Of a stretch of DNA of 56,264 nucleotides, positions 39,601-47,091 are shown piece after piece. The notes beneath the pieces are model-generated. The model was not told the origin of the DNA and made no database searches. It saw only the letters and a program-made list of their open reading frames with translations. The DNA comes from a virus. Its lineage: Duplodnaviria > Caudoviricetes. Position 1 is the first letter of the stretch. Each line of letters starts with the position of its first letter. The stretch spans positions 1 through 56,264 of the IMG/VR virus record IMGVR_UViG_3300047455_000186; one strand, given 5' to 3'. The position numbers and the translations under genes are program-made.

Positions 39601-42151
39601 AGTAGTCGAAGGAACACCGGGTCCATTAGCACCGAGGCTTAAAAAAGCAATTGAAAAATTTGGTAATAAAAATATATTTGTATTAACAGCGAGACCGCAA
39701 GAATCGGCAGTTGCTATACACGCATTTTTAAAAGGCCTAGGTTTAGAAATACCGCTTGAAAATATAACTGGACTGGCTAATGGTGCTCCAGCTGCAAAGG
39801 CTGCTTGGATGGTGACAAAAGTAGCTGATGGCTTTAATGACTTTTATTTTGTTGATGACCATCTTGGTAATGTTAAAGCAGTTAAAGATATTCTTAATAC
39901 TTTTGATGTAAAAGGCAAAGTACAACAAGCCAGAGTAAAAAGATCAGTAACATTAAGCAAAGAGCTTAACGATATGGTTGAGCGTAACAAAGGCGCTAAA
40001 TCAGAAGCTATTTACTCTAAAATAAAAGCTAGAAAAGACGGAGCTAAAAAAGGCAGGTTTAAATTCTTTGTTCCTTATGGCGCTGAAGACTTTAGGGGTT
40101 TAACATCATATACATTAGCTGGCAAAGGCAAGCAAGGGGAAGCTGATCAAAAATTCTTTGAAGACAATTTAGTAGTGCCGTACATGAGAGGTATATCTGC
40201 TATGGAAAAAGCTAGGCGAGCTCTTAAAAATGATTTCGCTATGTTATTAAAAATGTTTCCTGGAATGAAAAAACGTTTAGGTAAACAAATTGGCGATACA
40301 GATTACACTGTCGATCAAGCGGTGCGTGTGTATTTATGGACACAGCAAGGGCAGGAAGTCCCTGGTATATCTAAAAGAGACCAAAAGAAATTAAATAGCC
40401 TTGTGGCAAATGATCCTGATTTATCAGCGTTTGCCGACGGCCTTCAAACAATATCAAAGCAAGAACAATGGCCAACCCCCGCAGAATACTGGGCAGCAGG
40501 GTCTGTGTTAAAAGATATTAATCAAATAAACGAGGTTGGAACAAGATCTGAATACTTACAAGAATTTAACAATAATGTAGATATTATATTTGACGAAAAC
40601 AATTTAACAAAGCTGGAAGCTACATATGGCACTCGTTATGTAAACGCCTTAAAGAATTCTATAGCTCGAATGAAGTCCGGTCGCAACAGACCAGCGCAGC
40701 CTGGCGCTTACGAACAGCAATGGTTGAACTGGGTTAATAACTCTGTAGGTACTATAATGTTCTTTAACCGCAGATCAGCAGCAATGCAGATGTTGTCATT
40801 TGCTAACTTTGTAAACTGGAGCGATAACAATCCATTAAAAGCTGGTATTGCATTTGCAAATCAACCGGCATATTGGAGCGCATGGTCAAAAATATTTAAT
40901 TCCGACAAACTTAAAGAACGTCGCGGTGGTTTAAAATCTGATGTACAAGAGCAAGAAATTGCTAACCAAGCTAAAAATAGTAAAGACAAAGCAAGCGCTG
41001 TGATTGCATACTTATTAAAAATAGGTTTTACGCCTACGCAAATTGCGGATAGTTTTGCTATTGCAACAGGAGGAGCTACATTCTTAATTAACAGAACAAA
41101 AACTTATAAAAAGCAAGGTTTATCAAAGGCGGAAGCGGAAGCAAAAGCATTTGAAGACTTTAGTGCCATCTCCGATGAGACACAACAATCAGGTGATCCT
41201 ATGTTGGTATCTGCACAACAGTCGAGCCATTTAGGACGTCTTATATTGGCTTTCCAAAACACGCCGATGCAATACACTAGATTGATGAAAAAAGCTGGCC
41301 AGGACCTTATAAACGGTCGTGGAGATGCTAAGACTAATATTAGCAAGATAGTCTATTACGGGTTTATACAAAACCTTATATTTAGTGCGCTGCAAAATTC
41401 ATTATTCGCTATGTTACCAGGATTTGATGATGAAGAAGAAGACGATGAACAATACGAAAAAACTATTAATACAAAGACTGAAAGAATTGTTAATTCTATG
41501 GTAGACACTATTCTTAGAGGATCTGGATTAACAGGGGCGGTAGTATCAACATTAAAAAATGTTATTAATAGATATTATAAAGAAGAGAAAAAAGGATTTA
41601 CAGCAGATCATGCTTACACATTATTAGAGTTAGCAAACGTATCTCCACCTATAGGATCTAAAATGAGAAAAGTATACGGGGCAATTCAAACTAAAAAGTT
41701 TGATAAAGACGTTATAGCCGCGCAGGGTTGGGATGTTACATTACACGGTAGATTTAATATATCTCCTAATTACGAAATATTAGCATCACTTTCATCCGCT
41801 GGATTAAACTTGCCACTAGATAGAGCGTTAGCCGAAATAGACGGTATATCTGAAGCCCTTGATGCTAGGAATACATCTTATCAAAGATTAGCTTTAGGAT
41901 TAGGATGGAGAACATGGGATGTAAAAGCCAACAAGGAAGAGGAAGAACTAGTAAAAGCTGTAGCAAAAATTAAAAGAAAAAAAGCTGGTATAGAAAAAGC
42001 CAAAGCTACAAGAGCACAAAAGAAAAAAGAAGAGCAAGGGAGAGTGGCTAACATGACTGAAAAAGAATACAACGAATACATGGACGCCAAGATATTAAAA
42101 AGAAGAGAGGCCGCTAGAAAAGCCGCTGAAACTAGACGACAAAATAAATAA
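33674..42151 (+). CDS. Giant multidomain internal virion protein (polyvalent-protein-like)
   Basis: 2825 aa; HELLH at about 36455; HAD motifs DFDDTL (39317), LTAR (about 39686) and FVDD (about 39854); Gly/Ala-rich segments typical of large ejection proteins. Confidence 0.75.
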   Translation: MSKYKLASGEVVDTKDYTENQLTYFKYKNPDAGIVEDFQNGAVGTDAPATPVMPSRASIIAGAPPANEPPKKDGDYNFLLGSVESVENRSNGIVAPNSYLIENPEERLVLEEYTNKRGRKVKKYAEPSQEEILRETIDNLDEPEFISNSRGRKVNNPKYVKPENRPSLEVQTQAYIKDNDLDIEFTNNYFNPKGETWFVDKYFGKKELAKAGLTELEMQDFQGMLMRDDFIDGFEEDVADGVYGELGGMIYTGDDKKVIQVTKERTLARKLSQYMADRDDRLNNKMLVNNILENPGDFDQSMSLDEVREEAYKNSNIGYTGYDQEAVKAYLGQNFPALMEKNAKNQEKKNEAYLKRRAWNASTNTADQGVANLGEFIKGLGTGFYKKLDETAIWIDDTIGIFGGNERAKQMRLLNIEDEIADTDSLEYFYASGKGTTIGSDTYIKDERGNIYNTTEGVNVSQILTPLELKSISQTIDAEGKPMDDFSFRGGAIMGGEVTGGIVFDVIGTKGLGTARVAASAGYLSKANKLRSAKGLKDISTRARGAKGRFISTKETFGMKLPFNAQMVDASMYYSFVGAVTGYENTMKAAMQAGLSNEVAEKLADEAQLSMMALYGVTTPINPRIAFVNKLDDILIKNKVFATAVNEYKKTGSQLSFIESIKNQIKQTGLTTTGKGVAFVKEGTKEFIQENVQQFGEVELVNEKINESAGMELMTADYSKDDFINTSILSFAAGGLLGGLSAPGSRVNSNKRLQNLYILSRDLKGTKKRFDRMIDAGRLSQEDADGILEQAKAVGNSSNKFPAWMLKTPDALIEAAVVQSKIEAATNERSQLAPPMRTDVDARLEGLNNELLAIRNKAADELVVKETETIQGIVGKENVTVYNSKAEMEAAGLSDLDMNSDGFIEVDGKIIINREQAANAQAISVASHELLHKVLKSEFKNNPEMKRVVDEFKQILKNKGVFQQIETRAEMYRQEGIGDVDGADMDEYFTFFSDAISKNEIPFQALEESQWVKIGKAIANLFNTRFGTKNLKFNSGQQVFDFIKDYQAGIEKGKLTGQAKKKLKAGAEVEGTNKKSVSDAAKKSNAKLDAVPKDKVTGAVAQNTIATELPKMVKAQIAKRFNLPPSQLNEFTDDVIFKMYAGQETTKYDGRGTLSGFLGGRIKFRIEDVVREEYKRPQQERLYLGTVDNLQASDQKDLEGKKTAKQTVQKPEFVNLVESKVLPDEMAAKVKQKVVSTTRVLRSRIDAAVSLNRTVTPLIAEIKKEIGKQADIEFKKMLGAKKNNELRDNLLKLKKPILENLTTTFLMQAMPFAIQKQVDGRFTSDWQGQKIDRESVETDKAGRTSGAEIVRRIPNPVNNVSDQDFLGYMFKGEEVIRGRKEALAKALAEEYAFDLYNQELKNEDSEIRQAFEANQTRLGVELSENLAQEFSRQSERGNVKRSVSRLSKEDAIKWEAGKDKFFVDIKALLNSNGAIKENAIKKAHKNNYPDFTEAQHKAISKQFFRLLKPLKGIDVETSLKEEGKTFEEYLVDIAKDIDTNETIAKMTGVEGSIASLFENYNNVMDAQTAIEDVLKTLTIQEAVAFTSTSFANSGRIGLWVDGELDFSKTHRSDLYSGKEQVIEALNRAGFKIKSISNAEITLQDGTVLKREYSATGNVLKGHLTGKFDAEADKANANAAWKYTTAMIKGIKNSTPEVQAMVMASLNSGTNTALRAAAPVTYRSSVLPSQITKDYRYEHGVPARVVLAHLYQSIVNGDTSIDIKALKADYQVAIIPVEMDKVIGKSGYQQVMIAGYKPGETPWWKRYYNFATRGKIQYALESLEDGSIIGQQYADYFNQKGVKPEVKANAEAEVKKITTQQKAINNARKRSYTKNPKGISVYDFDDTLAFSKSQVIVIMPAEKSMLDIAARRLFGETALKNKPGFLKTFDSLNEEQQAKVLKDVPGATKRITPAEFAKKGEELTAQGAKFDFSEFNKVVEGTPGPLAPRLKKAIEKFGNKNIFVLTARPQESAVAIHAFLKGLGLEIPLENITGLANGAPAAKAAWMVTKVADGFNDFYFVDDHLGNVKAVKDILNTFDVKGKVQQARVKRSVTLSKELNDMVERNKGAKSEAIYSKIKARKDGAKKGRFKFFVPYGAEDFRGLTSYTLAGKGKQGEADQKFFEDNLVVPYMRGISAMEKARRALKNDFAMLLKMFPGMKKRLGKQIGDTDYTVDQAVRVYLWTQQGQEVPGISKRDQKKLNSLVANDPDLSAFADGLQTISKQEQWPTPAEYWAAGSVLKDINQINEVGTRSEYLQEFNNNVDIIFDENNLTKLEATYGTRYVNALKNSIARMKSGRNRPAQPGAYEQQWLNWVNNSVGTIMFFNRRSAAMQMLSFANFVNWSDNNPLKAGIAFANQPAYWSAWSKIFNSDKLKERRGGLKSDVQEQEIANQAKNSKDKASAVIAYLLKIGFTPTQIADSFAIATGGATFLINRTKTYKKQGLSKAEAEAKAFEDFSAISDETQQSGDPMLVSAQQSSHLGRLILAFQNTPMQYTRLMKKAGQDLINGRGDAKTNISKIVYYGFIQNLIFSALQNSLFAMLPGFDDEEEDDEQYEKTINTKTERIVNSMVDTILRGSGLTGAVVSTLKNVINRYYKEEKKGFTADHAYTLLELANVSPPIGSKMRKVYGAIQTKKFDKDVIAAQGWDVTLHGRFNISPNYEILASLSSAGLNLPLDRALAEIDGISEALDARNTSYQRLALGLGWRTWDVKANKEEEELVKAVAKIKRKKAGIEKAKATRAQKKKEEQGRVANMTEKEYNEYMDAKILKRREAARKAAETRRQNK

Positions 42152-42153
42152 CT

Positions 42154-42375
42154 ATGTATACACCTATAACTAAAAAAGCAAAATGCAAAAGCATTTATAA
42201 AGACTCTATGGACATTTCTATGAATGCTGACGGTTCAGGCGGTGCCTTTAAGTCCCCTATTAAATTAAAAGACGCATGCTATCGTAAAGCCAAGGCTAAG
42301 TACGACAAGTTTCCCTCGGCTTATGCTTCTGGTTATATAGCTAAATGCAGAAAAAGAAAGGGTAACATAAAATGA
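42154..42375 (+). CDS. Small basic protein with PSAYASG motif
   Basis: DACYRKAKAKYDKFPSAYASGYIAKCRK preceded by a TPIT...SPIK leader. Confidence 0.7.
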   Translation: MYTPITKKAKCKSIYKDSMDISMNADGSGGAFKSPIKLKDACYRKAKAKYDKFPSAYASGYIAKCRKRKGNIK

Positions 42376-42533
42376 TAGAAGCTTTGCGACATGCACTTGG
42401 TTTATGTGGTGAGCATTGGCATCCTAATGTATTCACGGCCGTTGCATCTATTCCTTTTGTAACCACTGCTGTTTATTACATAAAATGTAAATGCGGCGTA
42501 TGGTTTAAACATGATAAAAGTTGTAATAAATAA
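42372..42533 (+). CDS. 53-aa His/Cys-rich membrane microprotein (not in ORF track)
   Basis: MIEALRHALGLCGEHWHPNVFTAVASIPFVTTAVYYIKCKCGVWFKHDKSCNK; ATGA-coupled and fills the gap. Confidence 0.65.
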   Translation: MIEALRHALGLCGEHWHPNVFTAVASIPFVTTAVYYIKCKCGVWFKHDKSCNK

Positions 42534-42535
42534 TT

Positions 42536-42799
42536 ATGGGATTTCAAATGAAAGGATCTCCGTTTAAAGTACGAAAAACGGAAAAAGGCTTAGCCCTTAA
42601 GCGTTGGTTTAAGGAGGAGTGGAAAACACCTAAAGGCAATGAAGATTATACCAAAGGCGAAAACACATTTCGCCCAACCAAAAAAATATCCAAGGATACA
42701 CCGTCTACATGGAGCGAACTAACTCCTGCTGAAAAAGCTCGTGGTCAAAAAGAAAAAAATACCAAGGGAAGAGTAAGCAGATATAAAAAGAAAAAATGA
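42536..42799 (+). CDS. Small basic protein, DUF5872-like
   Basis: 'LKRWFKEEW...FRPTKKISKDTP.T.SEL' after an MGFQMKGSPFK leader. Confidence 0.65.
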   Translation: MGFQMKGSPFKVRKTEKGLALKRWFKEEWKTPKGNEDYTKGENTFRPTKKISKDTPSTWSELTPAEKARGQKEKNTKGRVSRYKKKK

Positions 42800-42951
42800 G
42801 CTTGCAAGAAATAAAATTATACGCTATAAACGGCAGCACATTAGGTGTAACAACTTTTACTCAAATAGAAGATGGTTTAAAAATAATGCTATTGCTGGTT
42901 ACTATAGGATATACTATAGCAAAATGGAAAGACATTAAAAAGAAAAAGTAA
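42796..42951 (+). CDS. 51-aa putative holin (not in ORF track)
   Basis: MSLQEIKLYAINGSTLGVTTFTQIEDGLKIMLLLVTIGYTIAKWKDIKKKK; hydrophobic helix with basic tail, coupled to the endolysin gene. Confidence 0.6.
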   Translation: MSLQEIKLYAINGSTLGVTTFTQIEDGLKIMLLLVTIGYTIAKWKDIKKKK

Positions 42952-43307
42952 TGATGAAATATTTTAATTATTCGGAATTTGATAGCCCTGATGTGCAGGG
43001 TTCTGGCCAGATGATGGATAAAGATTTTTTAGAAATACTGGATCAAGCTAGAGATCGCTTTGATAAACCCATTAATATTAATTCTGGCTTCCGTACACCA
43101 CAGCATAACCAAGATATTGGAGGGGTAGAATCGTCCTCACATTTAAAAGGTTTAGCAGCGGATATTGATTGTCGCAAATCAAAAGATAGATTTGAACTTA
43201 TTGATATATTTTTAGACTTAGGTATAAACAGGATCGGCGTTGCAGATACTTTTATCCACATTGATGTCGACCCTGATAAATCACCTAATGTAATTTGGAC
43301 ATATTAA
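42951..43307 (+). CDS. Endolysin, peptidase M15A family
   Basis: SGFR...HN...SSHLKGLAADI...FIHID zinc-peptidase motifs. Confidence 0.9.
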   Translation: MMKYFNYSEFDSPDVQGSGQMMDKDFLEILDQARDRFDKPININSGFRTPQHNQDIGGVESSSHLKGLAADIDCRKSKDRFELIDIFLDLGINRIGVADTFIHIDVDPDKSPNVIWTY

Positions 43308-43308
43308 C

Positions 43309-43734
43309 TTAGTCGCAAGATTCGTCTAAACGAATAAACCATTCGTCTATTATAGGCAAAAAATACCATTCTTCATTACAATAATTTCCTTCATTTCCTA
43401 TTATAATTTCATCCTGCCCATAAAATCCACCGGACACTGTTAATATTCTTTGCTCATTAATAGTTTCTATAAACCAATCATATTCTGCAGTAGCATCATC
43501 AATAGACCAATTAAATTCATTAGCAGCGTTGATTGGTATAGAGTACATACTGCCCTGGTTTGAGAACTCCCCTGTTCCTTGATTAACAATCCAAGCCCAA
43601 CTTCTAAATGATTTTTGAATCCAAGTCCCTTCGAATATAAATTCTTCTTGTGTTTGTGAAGGCGATTGTAAAATAAGGCTTTCTTCTGTACAAGAAATTG
43701 TAAATACTAATAATAATAATAATAATTTTTTCAT
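43309..43734 (-). CDS. Lipoprotein
   Basis: MKKLLLLLLVFTIS-C signal peptide II followed by acidic TEES; 'FEGTW' lipocalin-like start. Confidence 0.75.
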   Translation of the reverse strand: MKKLLLLLLVFTISCTEESLILQSPSQTQEEFIFEGTWIQKSFRSWAWIVNQGTGEFSNQGSMYSIPINAANEFNWSIDDATAEYDWFIETINEQRILTVSGGFYGQDEIIIGNEGNYCNEEWYFLPIIDEWFIRLDESCD

Positions 43735-43747
43735 AATTTAATAAAAT

Positions 43748-43776
43748 AAAAAAAGGAGCGCCACCACAGCGCCCCT
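43748..43776 (-). terminator. Rho-independent terminator after nrdA
   Basis: Minus strand AGGGGCGC-TGTGGTG-GCGCTCCT followed by a T run. Confidence 0.8.
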
Positions 43777-43793
43777 AATTAACAACTAACTAA

Positions 43794-45512
43794 CTAACCA
43801 TCACACGCAAGGCAATCTTCACTCATCGCTTGCTGTGCAATATCTCCACGAAGAACACTCTCTGTTCTCGTATAATACAAAGTCTTTATTCCGTTCTTCC
43901 ATGCTTGCATGTGCACCTGGTTAATCCATTTTGGTGTAGCAACGCTTGGAAACGCGAGATTCAAACTAACCGACTGATCTATGTACTGCTGGCGAATGCC
44001 TGCTTGATTTACTAGCTCTAGTTGGTTTATTTCTTTAAAGGTTTTAAATACTTCTTTGGCTGGTATATCATGAGCTAACACTATATCGTCTAGCTCTTTA
44101 ATATCTTGTACACTACCGCCATCAGCAAGTATCTTATCCCATATTTCATTTGTATTTAACTTATGCTTTCTTAAAAGCTTTAAGAGCGTGGGGTTCTTCC
44201 TAATGAACGTACCCTTCGCACTTTGTTCCGTGAAAACATTAGCGGCCCAAGGCTCAATACCAGGACTAACGTTACCGCTAAGCTTACTATTAGACACAGT
44301 AGGAGCAACAGCCCTAAGATGGGTGTTACGATAACCAGTGCCAGCACACCAAAGAGGTTCGCCGTAAATTTCCGCAAGGTCCATAGATGCTCGTTCGCTT
44401 TCGATTTTGATTTGCGAAAATATTTTCCTAGTTTCAAATTGAGCAAGTAAACCTTCAAAAGGAATTCCCTTTTCTTGGAGATACGTGTGCCATCCGAGCA
44501 CACCCAATCCAAGCGCTCGTCCCTTTGAAGCAGAACGAACGGCATTTTCAAAACCTCTAAGTCCTTTGGCCCTTTGAATAAATTCCTCCATAACGCCGTC
44601 AAGAAACCACGTGGCGTCGTATATAAGGTTAGTACCTTTCCATTCTTCATATTTAGCTAAATTTAATGATGATAAGCAACAAACAAAGCTATGACTCTCA
44701 TCTGTGTGTAATGTTATCTCACTACAGATATTTGTCATATGTACTTTTAATCCGTTTTCTTTATATGCTTTTGGATTTGCCTTGTTAGTGTTTCCTTTAA
44801 ACATGATATACGGTTCTCCAGTTGCCTTTCGCTTTCTAAGTAGTTTACTCCATCTATTTCTAGCATTCGCATCTCCTTGTTCAAGCTTACGCATAAACTT
44901 ATCGCCAACAACTGCGCACTGATGTAGATTAAGCGATTGTCTGTTAACATCGCCTTTAGGTTCTCTGATTTCCAACCACTCCTCGAAGTCCTCGTGGTCA
45001 ATGTTGATATTAACACTGGCAGCTCCCCTTCTGACTGATCCTTGATTAGTTGCAAGAATTGTTGAGTCGTATATTTTGCAAAAGGGGACAACCCCGTCTG
45101 ATGTTCCATTACCTGTAATTGTTGCGCCAGCGGGTCTGATTTGATTTACGCCAATGCCAACTCCACCGCCGTGCTTAGCGAGTAGCATCATCTCTAAATT
45201 CTTTTGCCCTATATCTTGTATTGAGTCAGCAACATCAATACCAAAGCAACTAATAGGCAGACCGCGATCGGTGCCAGTATTACTAAGAACCGGTGAAGCC
45301 AAGCATAGCCAGCCGTTCCAGATATATTCAAAAAAAGTTTCCGCCATTTCTGGCTTATATAATCTGCGAGCAACTGTCTTAGCAACCCGCATGTAAGCGT
45401 CTCTCGGTGATTCGTCGTACAATAAATATCCCCCGGATATAGTCTTCTTGTATACGTCGTTATTACCCCATGCCGGGTAATCCTCACCTTTTTTCCAGTT
45501 TTCATTCCACAT
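43794..45512 (-). CDS. nrdA: Class I ribonucleotide reductase alpha subunit
   Basis: ISCF, GGGVG, TNICSEI, CCLSS, APTVSNS, KTLYY and C-terminal CLAC; likely start at 45512 (MWNENW); no ATP cone. Confidence 0.95.
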   Translation of the reverse strand: MWNENWKKGEDYPAWGNNDVYKKTISGGYLLYDESPRDAYMRVAKTVARRLYKPEMAETFFEYIWNGWLCLASPVLSNTGTDRGLPISCFGIDVADSIQDIGQKNLEMMLLAKHGGGVGIGVNQIRPAGATITGNGTSDGVVPFCKIYDSTILATNQGSVRRGAASVNINIDHEDFEEWLEIREPKGDVNRQSLNLHQCAVVGDKFMRKLEQGDANARNRWSKLLRKRKATGEPYIMFKGNTNKANPKAYKENGLKVHMTNICSEITLHTDESHSFVCCLSSLNLAKYEEWKGTNLIYDATWFLDGVMEEFIQRAKGLRGFENAVRSASKGRALGLGVLGWHTYLQEKGIPFEGLLAQFETRKIFSQIKIESERASMDLAEIYGEPLWCAGTGYRNTHLRAVAPTVSNSKLSGNVSPGIEPWAANVFTEQSAKGTFIRKNPTLLKLLRKHKLNTNEIWDKILADGGSVQDIKELDDIVLAHDIPAKEVFKTFKEINQLELVNQAGIRQQYIDQSVSLNLAFPSVATPKWINQVHMQAWKNGIKTLYYTRTESVLRGDIAQQAMSEDCLACDG

Positions 45513-45784
45513 TATGTAAAGTATAGTATTGTGTAAGCTATTGCTACGTTTAAATTGACTGCCACTAAGTTCCATTGCTTTGCAACAAATACTTGTGGTA
45601 TTGATATTATGCCGGCAATAATATATACAACTATGCCGGTCGGATCTGGCAGGAGGTGGGGAGCTGTCATCATAAATCCAGTCCCCATATATCCTAACCT
45701 ATTTGCTATCCTCTCGTGAGGCTTTAATCTTCTTTGTCTTACAAGCGCTTTTAATAAACTACGCTTAGTTGTAGAGGTCTTCAT
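45512..45784 (-). CDS. Small membrane protein between nrdB and nrdA
   Basis: 90 aa; basic N-terminus and about three hydrophobic segments; stop overlaps the nrdA start. Confidence 0.65.
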   Translation of the reverse strand: MKTSTTKRSLLKALVRQRRLKPHERIANRLGYMGTGFMMTAPHLLPDPTGIVVYIIAGIISIPQVFVAKQWNLVAVNLNVAIAYTILYFT

Positions 45785-45807
45785 ATATTTCTTCTTCGGT
45801 TATTAAA

Positions 45808-46776
45808 TTACCAAATGTTCTCGAAGTCTTCACCTTCACCAGCTTTCGAATAGTCCGTCGGCCGAACCGCGAAAAAATCAGTATGAGTGACCCCGCCGGT
45901 AAGATGATAGAACCAATCAAGATTAGCCGCTGCATCTTTGTCATATGCGAAGTACGAGCCAAGATCAACATAACCAAGTTCCACCAGTTTTTCATTTGTT
46001 CTTTTCTTTATAAAGTGTTTTAAATCATTTGACTTAATGCCTTCAATGTCACCCATTTCAAACATCTTATCTATATACTTGCATTCAAGTTTTACCATTG
46101 TTTCGGCAGCGGCAATGATATCTTCTCGACATAAATTCAATAATTGATTATTTTCACTGCACATATCGCGAAACAACTTACAGCCCATTTTACTGTGCAA
46201 AGATTCATCTCTTACGCTCCACTTCATTTGCTGCCCTATACCTTTTAATAAATTCCTTAATTGAAAAGAATAGAGAACAGCAAAAGCAGAATATAAACTA
46301 ACCCCCTCAGCAAAAGCGCTAAAAACAGCAAGAGACTTGCCAATACCAACAGAGCTTGTCCCGCCATAAGCAACCAGGTTATCAAACCTTTCAGCAGTTG
46401 CAGGCTCATGGAGAAAGGCTTCATAATTTTCAAGACCAAGTGTTTCATTTAAATAACTATAGGCTACAGCATGTATTGTTTCTTGTGATCCGAACATCAT
46501 AGCCATTTGCTGTATTTCGTGTTTAGGAAACCATGATACCACTTTTTGTGTCCAGTAATCTGAAACAGCACATTCGGTTTGTGCAAAACCTAATAGTATA
46601 TTGCCTACTAGATTCTTTTCTTCTGGTGTTAATTTTTCTTTCCAATCTTTTATATCGCCTTGCATTGGTATTTCAGTATGTAACCAGAATGCTTGTGCTT
46701 GTTTTAACCAACCTTCCGTATAATAGTCAGGATATTCAAATGGTTTGTACGCTACGCGCTCATCAAACAATCCCAT
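45808..46776 (-). CDS. nrdB: Class I ribonucleotide reductase beta subunit
   Basis: FWLHTEI, QETIHAVAY, AEGV.LYSAF, RDESLH and DFF motifs. Confidence 0.95.
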   Translation of the reverse strand: MGLFDERVAYKPFEYPDYYTEGWLKQAQAFWLHTEIPMQGDIKDWKEKLTPEEKNLVGNILLGFAQTECAVSDYWTQKVVSWFPKHEIQQMAMMFGSQETIHAVAYSYLNETLGLENYEAFLHEPATAERFDNLVAYGGTSSVGIGKSLAVFSAFAEGVSLYSAFAVLYSFQLRNLLKGIGQQMKWSVRDESLHSKMGCKLFRDMCSENNQLLNLCREDIIAAAETMVKLECKYIDKMFEMGDIEGIKSNDLKHFIKKRTNEKLVELGYVDLGSYFAYDKDAAANLDWFYHLTGGVTHTDFFAVRPTDYSKAGEGEDFENIW

Positions 46777-46925
46777 TATTTATATATTTCAATTGCTAAA
46801 TCTATAAACGGCAAATAAAACACATGCGTTGTTTGATTATCCTCTTCATAACTTCTTGCGCCAAATAATATACCTGGATAAAATCCAAATGATACTGCCC
46901 AGGCCGGGTTTTTTTCTTTATCCAT
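46776..46925 (-). CDS. 49-aa hypothetical protein (not in ORF track)
   Basis: MDKEKNPAWAVSFGFYPGILFGARSYEEDNQTTHVFYLPFIDLAIEIYK; stop overlaps the nrdB start. Confidence 0.65.
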   Translation of the reverse strand: MDKEKNPAWAVSFGFYPGILFGARSYEEDNQTTHVFYLPFIDLAIEIYK

Positions 46926-47091
46926 ATACTTTTATATTGTATTTATCCATTATTTCTACTAATTCTTTGTATTTTACTTTACCTCGTACGTCCCAGCTCC
47001 ATTTAATAAACTTATCAATTTGACGCTCAGCATACTTTTGTCTTGCTAACCGTTTCGCTTCGAAAGGATTATGCTTATTGTCTCGTCGCAT
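46918..47091 (-). CDS. 57-aa hypothetical basic protein (not in ORF track)
   Basis: MRRDNKHNPFEAKRLARQKYAERQIDKFIKWSWDVRGKVKYKELVEIMDKYNIKVYG; fills the gap in the gene run. Confidence 0.55.
   Translation of the reverse strand: MRRDNKHNPFEAKRLARQKYAERQIDKFIKWSWDVRGKVKYKELVEIMDKYNIKVYG

Noticed and set aside
33674-42151. crAss-like or N4-like virion RNA polymerase
   Set aside because: No DxDGD/DFDID-type catalytic motif was seen; DFDDT fits HAD motif I with the matching downstream HAD motifs.
45513-45575. N-terminal extension of NrdA given in the ORF track
   Set aside because: It overlaps the upstream membrane-protein gene; the ATG at 45512 is stop-coupled and more plausible.
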